This document shows, piece by piece, positions 1 through 8,711 of a stretch of 33,757 nt of DNA. Both the position numbers and the translations under genes were made by a program. The stretch is from contig DBCZ01000084.1 in NCBI GenBank assembly GCA_002293315.1, forward strand, positions 2,334-36,090, given 5' to 3'. This stretch comes from Ruminococcaceae bacterium UBA945. Its GTDB lineage: Bacteria > Bacillota > Clostridia > Oscillospirales > Acutalibacteraceae. Numbering within the stretch: position 1 is the first letter of the stretch; every line of letters begins with the position of its first letter. The notes below the pieces were generated by a model. The model saw only the letters and a list, made by a program, of their open reading frames with translations. It had not been told where the DNA came from and ran no database searches.

Positions 1-82
1 CCTGTTTGCCGGATATGGCTTTCGACACCGGCGGGTAGCGTTAATCATAATCATTCCAACGATAAGGAAAATGTAAAAGCAC

Positions 83-754
83 ATGAATTTGATAGAGCTT
101 AAAGGAACGCACCTGCCGAAGAGAGCAATTTGGATGATGATAGCCGTAGGCTTGATGGGTGTGGGCGTGTCTATTTGCGTTCATGCGGATTTGGGGCAAG
201 ACCCATGCTCCACGATGAATATCGGTATAGCCTCAAAAATCGGGCTGAGTTTCGGCATGTGGCAGGCGATTCTCAACACGGCGCTGTTCATAATGATATT
301 CTTCCTTGACCGCAAACTGCTTGGCATCGGAACAATCGCAAACATGCTTTTGATCGGCTTCATCGCGGATTTCCTGAAGCCGATTTGGATAAATGCCTTT
401 CCTGCGGATTTGCAATTCGTGTGGCGAATGCTTCTGGCGTTTGGCGGCGTAATGCTGATGCTTGTGGGCTGCTCAATATACATGACGGCAAACCTCGGTA
501 TGGCGCCTTATGACTGCATACCGTTTCTTATTATGAACCGCACTAAGAGCAAGAACAAAAAGCTGCAATACATTTTGCTGAGAATTGCACAGGACGCCGC
601 ATGTGTACTGGTAGGCTTTCTGTGCGGGGCGACGGTCGGCATCGGCACGATTTTCATGGTTGCGCTGTCAGGCCCGGTTATCCCGTTCTTCAATAAGCAC
701 CTCGCCGCCCCGATTCTGGGAATCAAGGACATGAGCAAGCTGAGGACGGAATGA
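83..754 (+). CDS. YczE/YyaS/YitT-family membrane protein
   Basis: Hydrophobic 223 aa with two internally repeated halves (ADLGQDP / ANLGMAPYD; LGIGTI / VGIGTI) typical of the family. Confidence 0.8.
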   Translation: MNLIELKGTHLPKRAIWMMIAVGLMGVGVSICVHADLGQDPCSTMNIGIASKIGLSFGMWQAILNTALFIMIFFLDRKLLGIGTIANMLLIGFIADFLKPIWINAFPADLQFVWRMLLAFGGVMLMLVGCSIYMTANLGMAPYDCIPFLIMNRTKSKNKKLQYILLRIAQDAACVLVGFLCGATVGIGTIFMVALSGPVIPFFNKHLAAPILGIKDMSKLRTE

Positions 755-767
755 GGCAGATAAACTG

Positions 768-792
768 AATCCCCCTATTAGGGGGATTTTTC
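768..792. terminator. Likely bidirectional intrinsic terminator between convergent genes
   Basis: AATCCCCCT-ATT-AGGGGGATT hairpin followed by a T-run, between the stops at 754 and 793. Confidence 0.7.
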
Positions 793-1356
793 TTATCGCT
801 TGCTCCAGTCTCCCCATTCGCCCAGCGGCTTTCCAACGGAGAAATAGGTCGCGCCCGTTGTGACGACGGGCTTTGCCGCGTCCAGAGAGAGAGGGCGCTG
901 CGTGCCGCTGAAGAGCGCTTCATCAGCGAGGATATTACTGATGCGGCAGATATACAAGGTGCTGTCACCGCCTAAGTCGATTTCATTCTTCACCTCCAGC
1001 TCATATGCCAGCGGGCTGCGCTCAAGCACAGGCACGTTAAGCACCGCGCCTTTTGTGACCTCAACGGGTACGCTCATCTTTTCCGGATTATAACCGCTGT
1101 TGGTTCCGAAGTAATCGGCGAGCGGCAGAAGCTCCTCCGTGACAAGATTGGCGGAGAAAACTTTGTTTTTCGCAATCAGTTCCTTTGTGAGCTTCTTTTC
1201 GCCGATACACGCCATAATGCAGAGCTCGTCATTATTGCAGTAGCTGAACCAGCAGAACAGCGCGAAGTTCGGACTGCCGTCTTCCTTGTAAGTGCCATAC
1301 AGAAACAGCGTCTGCGGGCAATAGTCGTTTGTGAGCCTGTCAATTGATTTTTTCAT
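793..1356 (-). CDS. Flavin reductase-like FMN-binding protein (flavoredoxin family)
   Basis: Motifs GTYKEDGSPN, FSANLV, ADYFG..SG, PLAYELEV and STLYICRI match the flavin reductase-like split barrel. Confidence 0.8.
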   Translation of the reverse strand: MKKSIDRLTNDYCPQTLFLYGTYKEDGSPNFALFCWFSYCNNDELCIMACIGEKKLTKELIAKNKVFSANLVTEELLPLADYFGTNSGYNPEKMSVPVEVTKGAVLNVPVLERSPLAYELEVKNEIDLGGDSTLYICRISNILADEALFSGTQRPLSLDAAKPVVTTGATYFSVGKPLGEWGDWSKR

Positions 1357-1358
1357 GG

Positions 1359-1793
1359 TTATGCTCCTTCTTTTTCCAGATTTTTAAGTAATTTTTTTAG
1401 TGAGCGCTCGAATGCGGTGATCTCCTCATCGGAAAACCCATGATAATAAATATCCGTCATATAGTCGGAAACCATGAGGTAAACGTCTTTCAGAGCTCGA
1501 GCTTTCGGTGTCAAGCCGATAAGAATCTCACGCCTGTCGTCAGCGCTGTTTGCGCGCGTCAGGAGTCCCTTTTGCTCCATCCTGTCAATCATACTTGTCA
1601 GCGTTGTTTTGGCAAGAGAAGTGCGTCTGGCGATTTTCGAAATGGGCAGGTTCTCCTCGTTCCATAAAACATACAGGATTTTCCCCTGCGCGCCATTAAA
1701 CTCCTCAACTCCGCACTCCTTGAGCTTTTGGGCAAAGGTTCTGTCGCTTATACGCTTGATTTGTGAAATCAAAAAGCCGCCTTCTGTTTTCAT
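1359..1793 (-). CDS. MarR-family transcriptional regulator
   Basis: 144 aa winged HTH: SLAKTTLTSMIDRMEQKGLL..DDRR..IGLT; GGGAGG RBS upstream; 2 bp from the downstream gene. Confidence 0.9.
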   Translation of the reverse strand: MKTEGGFLISQIKRISDRTFAQKLKECGVEEFNGAQGKILYVLWNEENLPISKIARRTSLAKTTLTSMIDRMEQKGLLTRANSADDRREILIGLTPKARALKDVYLMVSDYMTDIYYHGFSDEEITAFERSLKKLLKNLEKEGA

Positions 1794-1811
1794 AATAACC
1801 TCCCATATAGA

Positions 1812-1840
1812 ATAATACTATATAGAATTAGATTTATCAA
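1812..1840 (-). promoter_or_regulatory. Sigma-A promoter of the marR operon overlapped by a probable MarR operator
   Basis: Minus strand TTGATA-17 nt-TATTAT; 18-bp near-palindrome TAATACTATATAGAATTA at 1813-1830 (one mismatched pair). Confidence 0.6.
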
Positions 1841-1904
1841 GTGGCAATCTATACAAAAAAACAAATGCTGATAAAACATCTTTAGAGAAAAACACACTTT
1901 TTTG

Positions 1905-1933
1905 TTGTGTTTTATTTTTATTTACGATATAAT
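1905..1933 (+). promoter_or_regulatory. Putative sigma-A promoter of the EF-G paralog
   Basis: TTGTGT-17 nt-TATAAT; GAGGAG RBS upstream of ATG 1981. Confidence 0.45.
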
Positions 1934-1980
1934 AATCGTTAGACTGTAACCACAGATGAGAGAAGAAGAGGAGAACTCAA

Positions 1981-4050
1981 ATGAATCAATACACAGCTCA
2001 GAATATCGTAAATCTCGCGATTGCCGGGCACAGCGGCTCAGGTAAAACCTCTCTTGCAGAAGCCATGCTGTTTCTTTCGGGCGCTTCCGACAGAAGAGGC
2101 AAGATTCAAGACGGCAACACCGTAATGGACTATGATCCCGAGGAAATCAAGAGAAAAACCACGGTTATGACCTCGGCCGCGCAGGTTGAGTGGAAAAACA
2201 AAAAGGTAAATATTGTCGACGCGCCCGGGCTTTTCGATTTTGAAGCCGGCTTAAATGAGGCGATGCGCGCGGCTGATTCGGCGCTTATCGTCGTTTCGGG
2301 CAAAAACGGATTGGCGGTCGGCACGGAGAAAGCCTTTGAAGCGGCCGATAGACGCGGGCTTTCAAAGTTTGTGTTCGTCAACGGTCTTGCGGATGAAGAC
2401 GCCAGATTCTACCGCGTGTTTGAAGACTTGAAGGCCGCGTTCGGCCCGTCAGTCTGCCCCGTCGTCGTGCCGTATATTCAAGACGGCCAGGCGGATATAT
2501 ATGTCAACATTCTTGAATATAAAGCCTATGACTATAAAGACGGCAAGCCCGTTCCCGTGGCTTTGCCCGATATGGGGGACAGGCTCGACGGCCTGCGTGC
2601 GGCCATCTGCGAGGCAGTCGCCGAGACAGACGACGCGCTGTTTGAGAAATACTTCGCGGGCGAAGAATTCACGCCCGAGGAAATCATAGTTGGCGTGAGC
2701 AAGGGCGTGAAAACCGGCGCGATTACACCAGTCTTCTGCGGCGATGCCATGCTTATGCGCGGTATGGAGCAGTTCCTTGACGGCCTCGCGTGGCTTGCGC
2801 CGTCAGCCGAGGAAAAGGCAGGGGAGATAGGCGTTGACGTGGACGGCAACCCTGTGGAAATCGCGGTGAATGAAAACGCCGCGACGGCCGCAGTTGTCTT
2901 CAAGACGATTGCCGACCCCTTCATCGGCAAGCTCTCGTTTGTTAAGGTGGTCGCGGGAAAGATTACGGCAGACGCACCTGTGCTCAACATGAGGACGGGT
3001 GAGCAGGAGAGAATCAGCAAAATCGTGGCAATAGCTGGTAAGAAGCAAATTGACGTGAAGGCCATAGTCGCGGGAGATATAGGCGCGATACCCAAGCTCA
3101 CAAGCACAAACACCGGAGATACGCTCTGCTCTCCGGCGAGAAAGGTGACTCTTGAGCCTGTGGAATATCCGAACGCAACGCTCATCATGGCGGTGCTTCC
3201 CGCAAAGAAGGGCGAAGAGGATAAGATAGCGCAGGGGCTTTTGAGGCTGGCCGAGGAAGACCCGTCCATCATATTCGCAAACAATGCAGAAACCAAGGAA
3301 ATGACGGTCGGCGGACTGGGAGAACAGCACCTCGACGTCGTCATATCAAAGCTCAAGGCGAAGTTCGGCATAGACGCAATCCTCAAGCAGCCGAAGGTTC
3401 CTTACAGAGAGACAATCCGCAAAAAAGTGCAGGTGCAGGGCCGCCACAAAAAGCAAACCGGCGGGCACGGTCAGTTCGGCGACGTGTGGATTGAATTCGA
3501 GCCGTCTGATAATGAAGGGCTTGAATTTGCCGAAAGAGTAGTGGGCGGCGCTGTTCCCAAGGGATTCTTCCCCGCGGTTGAAAAGGGCTTGCGCGAGAGC
3601 ATCCAAAGGGGAATGCTCGCGGGCTATCCGATGGTCGGCATCAAGGCCACGCTCTATGACGGCTCTTATCACCCCGTAGATTCCTCTGAAATGTCATTCA
3701 AGATGGCGGCGAGCATTGCATACAGAAACGGTATACCCACAGCCGGCCCGACGCTTCTTGAGCCGATAGGCCATCTAGCCGCAACTGTGCCGGACTCAAA
3801 CATGGGCGACATCATGGGCGAGGTGAACAAGCGCAGAGGCCGCGTGTTGGGCATGAATCCGGCGGGCGCGGGCAAGCAGACGGTCGAGGCTGAGGTTCCG
3901 ATGGCGGAAATGCATGATTTCTCCACCTATATGCGTCAGGTCACACAGGGCAGAGGAACATATACGTTCGAATTTGTCCGCTATGAAGAGGCACCGAGCA
4001 ATATCGCGCAGAAGGTGGTTGCGGATTCAAAGACCGAGGCCGAAGATTAA
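1981..4050 (+). CDS. fusA2: Elongation factor G-like protein (EF-G2/FusA2 paralog, outside the str operon)
   Basis: GHSGSGKT P-loop, EEDPS, GLGEQHL, VPYRETI, KQTGGHGQFGDV, DGSYHPVDSSEMSFK and RRGRVLGM give EF-G domains I-V; switch I, switch II and G4 are non-canonical. Confidence 0.9.
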   Translation: MNQYTAQNIVNLAIAGHSGSGKTSLAEAMLFLSGASDRRGKIQDGNTVMDYDPEEIKRKTTVMTSAAQVEWKNKKVNIVDAPGLFDFEAGLNEAMRAADSALIVVSGKNGLAVGTEKAFEAADRRGLSKFVFVNGLADEDARFYRVFEDLKAAFGPSVCPVVVPYIQDGQADIYVNILEYKAYDYKDGKPVPVALPDMGDRLDGLRAAICEAVAETDDALFEKYFAGEEFTPEEIIVGVSKGVKTGAITPVFCGDAMLMRGMEQFLDGLAWLAPSAEEKAGEIGVDVDGNPVEIAVNENAATAAVVFKTIADPFIGKLSFVKVVAGKITADAPVLNMRTGEQERISKIVAIAGKKQIDVKAIVAGDIGAIPKLTSTNTGDTLCSPARKVTLEPVEYPNATLIMAVLPAKKGEEDKIAQGLLRLAEEDPSIIFANNAETKEMTVGGLGEQHLDVVISKLKAKFGIDAILKQPKVPYRETIRKKVQVQGRHKKQTGGHGQFGDVWIEFEPSDNEGLEFAERVVGGAVPKGFFPAVEKGLRESIQRGMLAGYPMVGIKATLYDGSYHPVDSSEMSFKMAASIAYRNGIPTAGPTLLEPIGHLAATVPDSNMGDIMGEVNKRRGRVLGMNPAGAGKQTVEAEVPMAEMHDFSTYMRQVTQGRGTYTFEFVRYEEAPSNIAQKVVADSKTEAED

Positions 4051-4081
4051 ATCGTTTTTACTGATTATGAGGATTAACATA

Positions 4082-4112
4082 GAACAGCTCCGCGGATTTC
4101 GCGGAGCTGTTC
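4082..4112 (+). terminator. GC-rich hairpin after the EF-G paralog
   Basis: GAACAGCTCCGCG-GATTT-CGCGGAGCTGTTC, perfect 13-bp stem; U-tract is poor. Confidence 0.55.
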
Positions 4113-4128
4113 GCTGCTATTCAATTAC

Positions 4129-4157
4129 TTGAAGTTTTAGCATAATTATGCTAAAAT
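4129..4157 (+). promoter_or_regulatory. TA operon promoter with palindromic autorepression operator
   Basis: TTGAAG-17 nt-TAAAAT with TG extension; perfect 22-bp palindrome TTTTAGCATAATTATGCTAAAA at 4135-4156. Confidence 0.75.
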
Positions 4158-4175
4158 ATTACAAGAGGTGATATT

Positions 4176-4451
4176 ATGAAAACAATCAGGCCGGTATCGG
4201 ATCTTAGGAATAATTTTGCGGAAATATCAAAAACTGTCCACGAAACTGCACAACCGGTGTTTCTGACGAAAAACGGCTTTGGTGATATGGTTGTGCTGAG
4301 CATGGAGGCCTACGAGAATTTGCAGCTTGAGAGCGATATATACTTCAAGCTTCGTGAAGCAGAGCATGAAGCAGAAGCGACAAAGCGGCGCTTTTCTTCT
4401 AAAGACGTGTTGAAAGCCATGCGGGAAGCCGCAGGAGCAGAAGATGTATAA
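4176..4451 (+). CDS. Type II antitoxin, Phd/YefM family
   Basis: IRPVSDLRNNFAEIS..PVFLTKNG..VVLSMEAYE; overlaps the toxin gene by 8 bp. Confidence 0.9.
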   Translation: MKTIRPVSDLRNNFAEISKTVHETAQPVFLTKNGFGDMVVLSMEAYENLQLESDIYFKLREAEHEAEATKRRFSSKDVLKAMREAAGAEDV

Positions 4452-4755
4452 AGTGGTTTTTCTGCCGCTGGCCAAGAAGGATATGACGGAAATAGCCGGA
4501 TATATCGGCAGTGAGCTTTCAAATCCTGCTGCGGCGTTGAGGCTTGCCGAAGAGATGATTAAGGCTGCCGACAAGCTCGGTGATTTTCCATATATGAATC
4601 CGGTATATAGCCCGATTCGCCCGCTCAAAATAGAATATCGCCGCATGAAGGTTAGAAATTATCTTATGCTTTACTGTGTGAATGAGCCGGAAAAACTCGT
4701 GACGGTTATGAGGGTTATATATGCACGCCGTGACTATGAGAAATTGCTGAAGTAA
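4444..4755 (+). CDS. Type II toxin, RelE/ParE family
   Basis: YKVVFLPLAKKDMTEIAGYI..L.DFP..YRRMKVRNYLMLY..V.VMRVIYARRDY. Confidence 0.88.
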   Translation: MYKVVFLPLAKKDMTEIAGYIGSELSNPAAALRLAEEMIKAADKLGDFPYMNPVYSPIRPLKIEYRRMKVRNYLMLYCVNEPEKLVTVMRVIYARRDYEKLLK

Positions 4756-4788
4756 AACCCGCCTGGCGCAAATTGCGTCAGGCGGGTT
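4756..4788. terminator. Terminator hairpin between the TA operon and the ABC operon
   Basis: AACCCGCCTGGCGCAA / TTGCGTCAGGCGGGTT stem; the upstream A-run gives a U-tract on the minus strand. Confidence 0.7.
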
Positions 4789-4796
4789 CCTGTTAT

Positions 4797-6638
4797 TTAT
4801 CCGTCTATCTCTTCAAAGACGCTTTCCGTGGCCTCTGATTCAAACTGCTTGTTATACAAATCTGCGTAATAGCCGCCCTGAATCATAAGCTCCTTGTGCG
4901 AGCCGCGCTCAATGATTTTGCCGTTTCGCACGACGAGAATCAAATCTGCCTTGCGGATGGTCGAAAGCCTGTGCGCGATGAGGAACGACGTGCGGTTATC
5001 GAGAAGCTTAGAGATGGCCTTTTGAATCAGCGCCTCCGTATGTGTGTCTATTGAGGAGGTGGCCTCGTCAAGGACGAAAATCTTCGGGTCTGCGAGAATC
5101 GCCCTGGCGAACGAAACAAGCTGCTTCTCACCGGTGGAGAGGTTGTTGCCGCCCTCGCCGACGTCGCTGTCATAGCCGTTTTTCATCTTCAGGATGAAGT
5201 CATGCGCGCCCACCATCTTTGCCGCCTCGATGATATCATCGTCTGAAGCGTCCAGCCTGCCGTAGCGGATATTCTCTTTTACAGAGCCGGAGAAGAGGTG
5301 AGGCGTCTGCAAGACATAGCCGATATTGCTGTGCAGCCAAAGCATGCTCCGGTCTTTATAGTCTTTGCCGTCTATGAGAATCCTGCCGGAGGTGGGCTCA
5401 AAGAAGCGGCAGGCGAGGTTCACGAGCGTGGACTTCCCCGCGCCCGTCTCACCGACAATGGCAATCGTCATGCCCTCGGGTATATCTAAATTGAAATGCT
5501 CCAGCACATACTCTGTGCCGTCTGAATACATGAAGCTGACGTCGTCGAACGTGATGTTACCCTGAAGTGGCTCCCAGTTTTCGCGCTTCGGCTCAAAGCT
5601 TGTGCCGTATTTTGCTATGACATCGGGAGTATCTGTGATTTCCGGAACAAGGTCAAGAATATCCGCGCAGCGCTCGACGTTTACCTGCGTGGCGATGAGG
5701 TTTGAGATAGTTCCCGCGAGGCTCTGCACCGGGTCAGCGATAACAAGCGCGTAGTTGACGAAAATCGTGAGCTCTGCTATGCCTATATCGCCGAGGATAA
5801 CCATCGTTCCGCCGCCTGTGAGGACGAACGAAACCGCAAGCGAAGTGAGGAACACGATAATCGGGATATACACCGCGCGAAGCATGACGGCGTGAATCGT
5901 CGTCTTTTTCATGTCGGTGGTGACCTCGGTAAAGGCCTCGGTGTTCTTGTCTTCAATCACGAGTGTTTTTGAGGTGACGGCGCCTGAGATGCCCTCGTTA
6001 TACTGCCGCGAAATCTCTGCGTTGATTCGCCTTACGCGGCGGTTCGTCGCAAGAATCTTCTTCTGGAAGAAGAACGTGAGCAAGGCGATTGCCGGCACGA
6101 TGGTGACGACAAGCGCCGCCAAAAATGCATTGATTGAGAACATCACTATCATACAGCCGATGATATAGGCTGAGCTCCAGAACACATCGACCAAGCTCCA
6201 CGCGAAGACGGTGCCGATACGTGCGGTATCGCTCATAACCCTCGCCATAATCACGCCCACGGGCGTTTGATTATAATATGAAAAGCTCAGCACCTGCATC
6301 TGCGAGAACAGCGAATGGCGCAAATCGCGGCTGAAATACATCTCAACCTTCAGTGCCTGAAGCGCGAACAGCATCGTGCATAAGGCCTGTAAAGTGACGA
6401 CTGAAATATAGAGAATCGAGAATTGCAATACGCCGGCCGTCTGTCTTGGTGTGACGAAATTATCAACGGCATATCCCGCAAAAAGCGGGAAAGAGATGTC
6501 GATGATGGAGTTGATGAGCATCAAAACGGCGACGCTTATCATAATCTTCTTATACGGGCTTATAAACGGGATTATCCTTTTCCATGTCTTTATAGAAGAG
6601 GTTTTCTTGTGTGCTTCGGTTTTGGTTATGTAATCCAT
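4797..6638 (-). CDS. Multidrug-type ABC exporter subunit (TMD+NBD), second half of a heterodimer
   Basis: GETGAGKST, LSTGEKQ (degenerate signature), VLDEATSSID, IAHRLST. Start moved to ATG 6638, which follows a GGAGGGG RBS. Confidence 0.9.
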   Translation of the reverse strand: MDYITKTEAHKKTSSIKTWKRIIPFISPYKKIMISVAVLMLINSIIDISFPLFAGYAVDNFVTPRQTAGVLQFSILYISVVTLQALCTMLFALQALKVEMYFSRDLRHSLFSQMQVLSFSYYNQTPVGVIMARVMSDTARIGTVFAWSLVDVFWSSAYIIGCMIVMFSINAFLAALVVTIVPAIALLTFFFQKKILATNRRVRRINAEISRQYNEGISGAVTSKTLVIEDKNTEAFTEVTTDMKKTTIHAVMLRAVYIPIIVFLTSLAVSFVLTGGGTMVILGDIGIAELTIFVNYALVIADPVQSLAGTISNLIATQVNVERCADILDLVPEITDTPDVIAKYGTSFEPKRENWEPLQGNITFDDVSFMYSDGTEYVLEHFNLDIPEGMTIAIVGETGAGKSTLVNLACRFFEPTSGRILIDGKDYKDRSMLWLHSNIGYVLQTPHLFSGSVKENIRYGRLDASDDDIIEAAKMVGAHDFILKMKNGYDSDVGEGGNNLSTGEKQLVSFARAILADPKIFVLDEATSSIDTHTEALIQKAISKLLDNRTSFLIAHRLSTIRKADLILVVRNGKIIERGSHKELMIQGGYYADLYNKQFESEATESVFEEIDG

Positions 6639-6648
6639 ATCCCCCTCC

Positions 6649-8454
6649 TTATTCTTCGTCTTTGGCACTTTGCGCGTCAAAAATGCGCTTGTAAATGCCA
6701 TCTTGGTTAATCAGCTCATTGTGTGTGCCGAGCTGGCTGACGCGCCCCTTGTCGAGGACAAGAATCATGTCTGCGTTCATTATGGTTGTAATTCTGTGCG
6801 CGATGAGAATCGTCGTGCCGTGGATATTCTCATTGATGGATTTCCTTATCTTCGCGTCGGTTTCCATGTCAACGGCGGAGAGCGAATCGTCAAACACCTT
6901 GATGGGGGTATCCTGCATGAGCATTCTCGCGATTGCCACCCGCTGCTTCTGCCCGCCGGAAATCGTCACGCCGCGCTCGCCGAGCTCCGTTTCATAGCCC
7001 TCTGAGAAGGTTTGAATCGTGTCGTCGATAATCGCAAGCTGCGCGTATTTTCTTATCGTGTCGAGGTCGCCTGTTTTGGCGCCGTCAGATATGCTTTCTC
7101 TGAAGGTCTTTGAGAACAAGAACGGCTCCTGCAGAACGATGCCGATATTCTTTCGGAGATAAGAAAGCTCTATATCGCGTATATCCACGCCGCCGATTGT
7201 GATTCTTCCGTTTTTCTCCGGCAGCGCATACAGCCTGTCAAGCAGATACATCAATGTGGACTTTCCGCTGCCCGTCGCGCCCAGAATGCCGAACGTGCTG
7301 CCCTCTTTGACGGTGAAGCTGACGTCCTTCAACACCACGGAAGCGTCGTTATAGCTGAAGCTGACGTTCTCAAAGGCGATATCCTTGTCCATAGGCGGCG
7401 TTTGCGGGTTTTCAATATTCTGTTCTTCCCTTGCATCGAGAATGTCAAAGAGCCTCGTGGAGCTGATGGTCGTTTTACTCAGCTCGCTGAGCAGCCGCCC
7501 GAGGTGACGCGAGGGCCATACAATCATTTGATTATACGCCACGAACGCGAGGAATTCGCCCGCGGAAATTTTATTGTCCACCACAAAGAACACGCCGATT
7601 ACGGTTATCACAAGCACCTGCAGGCCCGCGAACAAGTCGCCAAGCCCCCAGTTAGAGCCCATGATTCTGCCGAGCTTCACCCACTTTGTGGTGAGGGCCT
7701 CGTTCTGCTCGACGAAGCGGTCTATTTCAAACCGCTCTCTGCCGAAGGCGCGCACAACGCGCACGCCTGTGAGGTTCTCCTGCACAAGCGCGGTGAGCGC
7801 ACCCTCCTGCTCGTCGGCCTCACGAAATTTCTTTCCTGTTATGCGGAAGAAAATCATCGAAACCGTGATAACCACCGGCAAAAAGGCCGAGACCACCAGC
7901 GAAAGCTCAACGTTCATCGTGAACATCAAGGCCAGGGAAACCGCCACGAGAAAAACCGTGCGGAAGATTTCCAAAAGCTGGTCGCTCACGAAATTCCTTA
8001 TCAAATCCACATCCTGTGTGCAGCGCTGGATAATATCGCCGGTCTGGTGCGAATTGTGCCAGAAGAACGGAAGGCGCTGAATGTGGTCGTAGAGCTTATT
8101 TCTTATCCTTGCCATCGTGTTCTCGCAGGCCTTTGACATGCTCATTCTCGAGATGAGCATGCAAAGCCCTGAAATCACTGCAAAGCCGAGCGAAATGGCT
8201 GCGCAGACTATAACATTGCTTCTGAGGAAATCTCTGCCGCCGATAGCCTCAATCCAATCAACGAGGAAATCCGGCAAGTTAAACGGCAAATCGTTTATGA
8301 CCGAGTCAACCGTGAAGCGTATGACCTGCGGCGTCATATAGCTCGCGATGACCGAAATTATGACGGTGACAAGCGCCGCCACGAATAAAAGCCGATACCC
8401 TTTGGTAAATGGAAAGAACCGAAGGATATTCGACGATGTATGTTTTTCTTTCAT
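6649..8454 (-). CDS. Multidrug-type ABC exporter subunit (TMD+NBD), first half of a heterodimer
   Basis: GATGSGKST, ISGGQKQR, VFDDSLSAVD (catalytic Glu replaced by Asp), IAHR; BmrC/TM287-like asymmetry. Confidence 0.9.
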   Translation of the reverse strand: MKEKHTSSNILRFFPFTKGYRLLFVAALVTVIISVIASYMTPQVIRFTVDSVINDLPFNLPDFLVDWIEAIGGRDFLRSNVIVCAAISLGFAVISGLCMLISRMSMSKACENTMARIRNKLYDHIQRLPFFWHNSHQTGDIIQRCTQDVDLIRNFVSDQLLEIFRTVFLVAVSLALMFTMNVELSLVVSAFLPVVITVSMIFFRITGKKFREADEQEGALTALVQENLTGVRVVRAFGRERFEIDRFVEQNEALTTKWVKLGRIMGSNWGLGDLFAGLQVLVITVIGVFFVVDNKISAGEFLAFVAYNQMIVWPSRHLGRLLSELSKTTISSTRLFDILDAREEQNIENPQTPPMDKDIAFENVSFSYNDASVVLKDVSFTVKEGSTFGILGATGSGKSTLMYLLDRLYALPEKNGRITIGGVDIRDIELSYLRKNIGIVLQEPFLFSKTFRESISDGAKTGDLDTIRKYAQLAIIDDTIQTFSEGYETELGERGVTISGGQKQRVAIARMLMQDTPIKVFDDSLSAVDMETDAKIRKSINENIHGTTILIAHRITTIMNADMILVLDKGRVSQLGTHNELINQDGIYKRIFDAQSAKDEE

Positions 8455-8574
8455 CTTCTACCAACCTGTTTCTGCCCATGTCTGTGTGATTCAAGCCGGC
8501 ATATGGGCAATGCGCGGCCGAAGTATACTATCGCAGTTGCTCTCACTAGGGCTCCCCCAATACCCTGTGAGCAG

Positions 8575-8623
8575 AAAAAAATATGGCGTTCAGCTTATCA
8601 CGGTTAAGCTGAGAGCCATTTTC
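8575..8623 (-). terminator. Attenuator terminator in the 5' leader of the ABC operon
   Basis: Minus strand ATGGC-TC-TCAGCTTA-ACCGTGA-TAAGCTGA-AC-GCCAT followed by ATTTTTTT, lying between the promoter and the first gene. Confidence 0.75.
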
Positions 8624-8669
8624 AAGATAAAACGCAAGGCATATACCAATTCATATCGCTTCAAACAAA

Positions 8670-8711
8670 TCACACACCATTAAATAAGCAATCTCCAATC
8701 AGCAAAATCAC
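8670..8711 (-). CDS. Putative leader peptide MILLIGDCLFNGV (13 aa; not in the ORF track)
   Basis: GGGAGG RBS (8723-8718), 6-nt spacer, GTG start at 8711, TGA at 8672-8670; directly upstream of the attenuator. Confidence 0.6.
   Translation of the reverse strand: MILLIGDCLFNGV

Noticed and set aside
1-38. GCCGG...CCGGC hairpin at the window start as a regulatory RNA
   Set aside because: Too little context; it may simply be the 3' end of an upstream CDS (frame 3 reads ...LPDMAFDTGG-stop at 38).
1981-4050. TetM/TetO ribosomal protection protein or canonical fusA
   Set aside because: Domain IV motifs are EF-G-like and Tet RPP signatures are absent; it is not in the rpsL-rpsG-fusA-tuf operon and the G motifs are non-canonical.
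6639-6701. Longer N-termini given by the ORF track (also 10683, 12044, 14633, 16853, 27934)
   Set aside because: Downstream ATGs have better Shine-Dalgarno sequences or match family N-termini, so the starts were adjusted.
8306-8683. ORFs 8348-8683 (+) and 8306-8494 (-) in the ABC leader
   Set aside because: No convincing RBS or protein features, and they overlap the ABC gene and attenuator; the 13-codon uORF is better supported.
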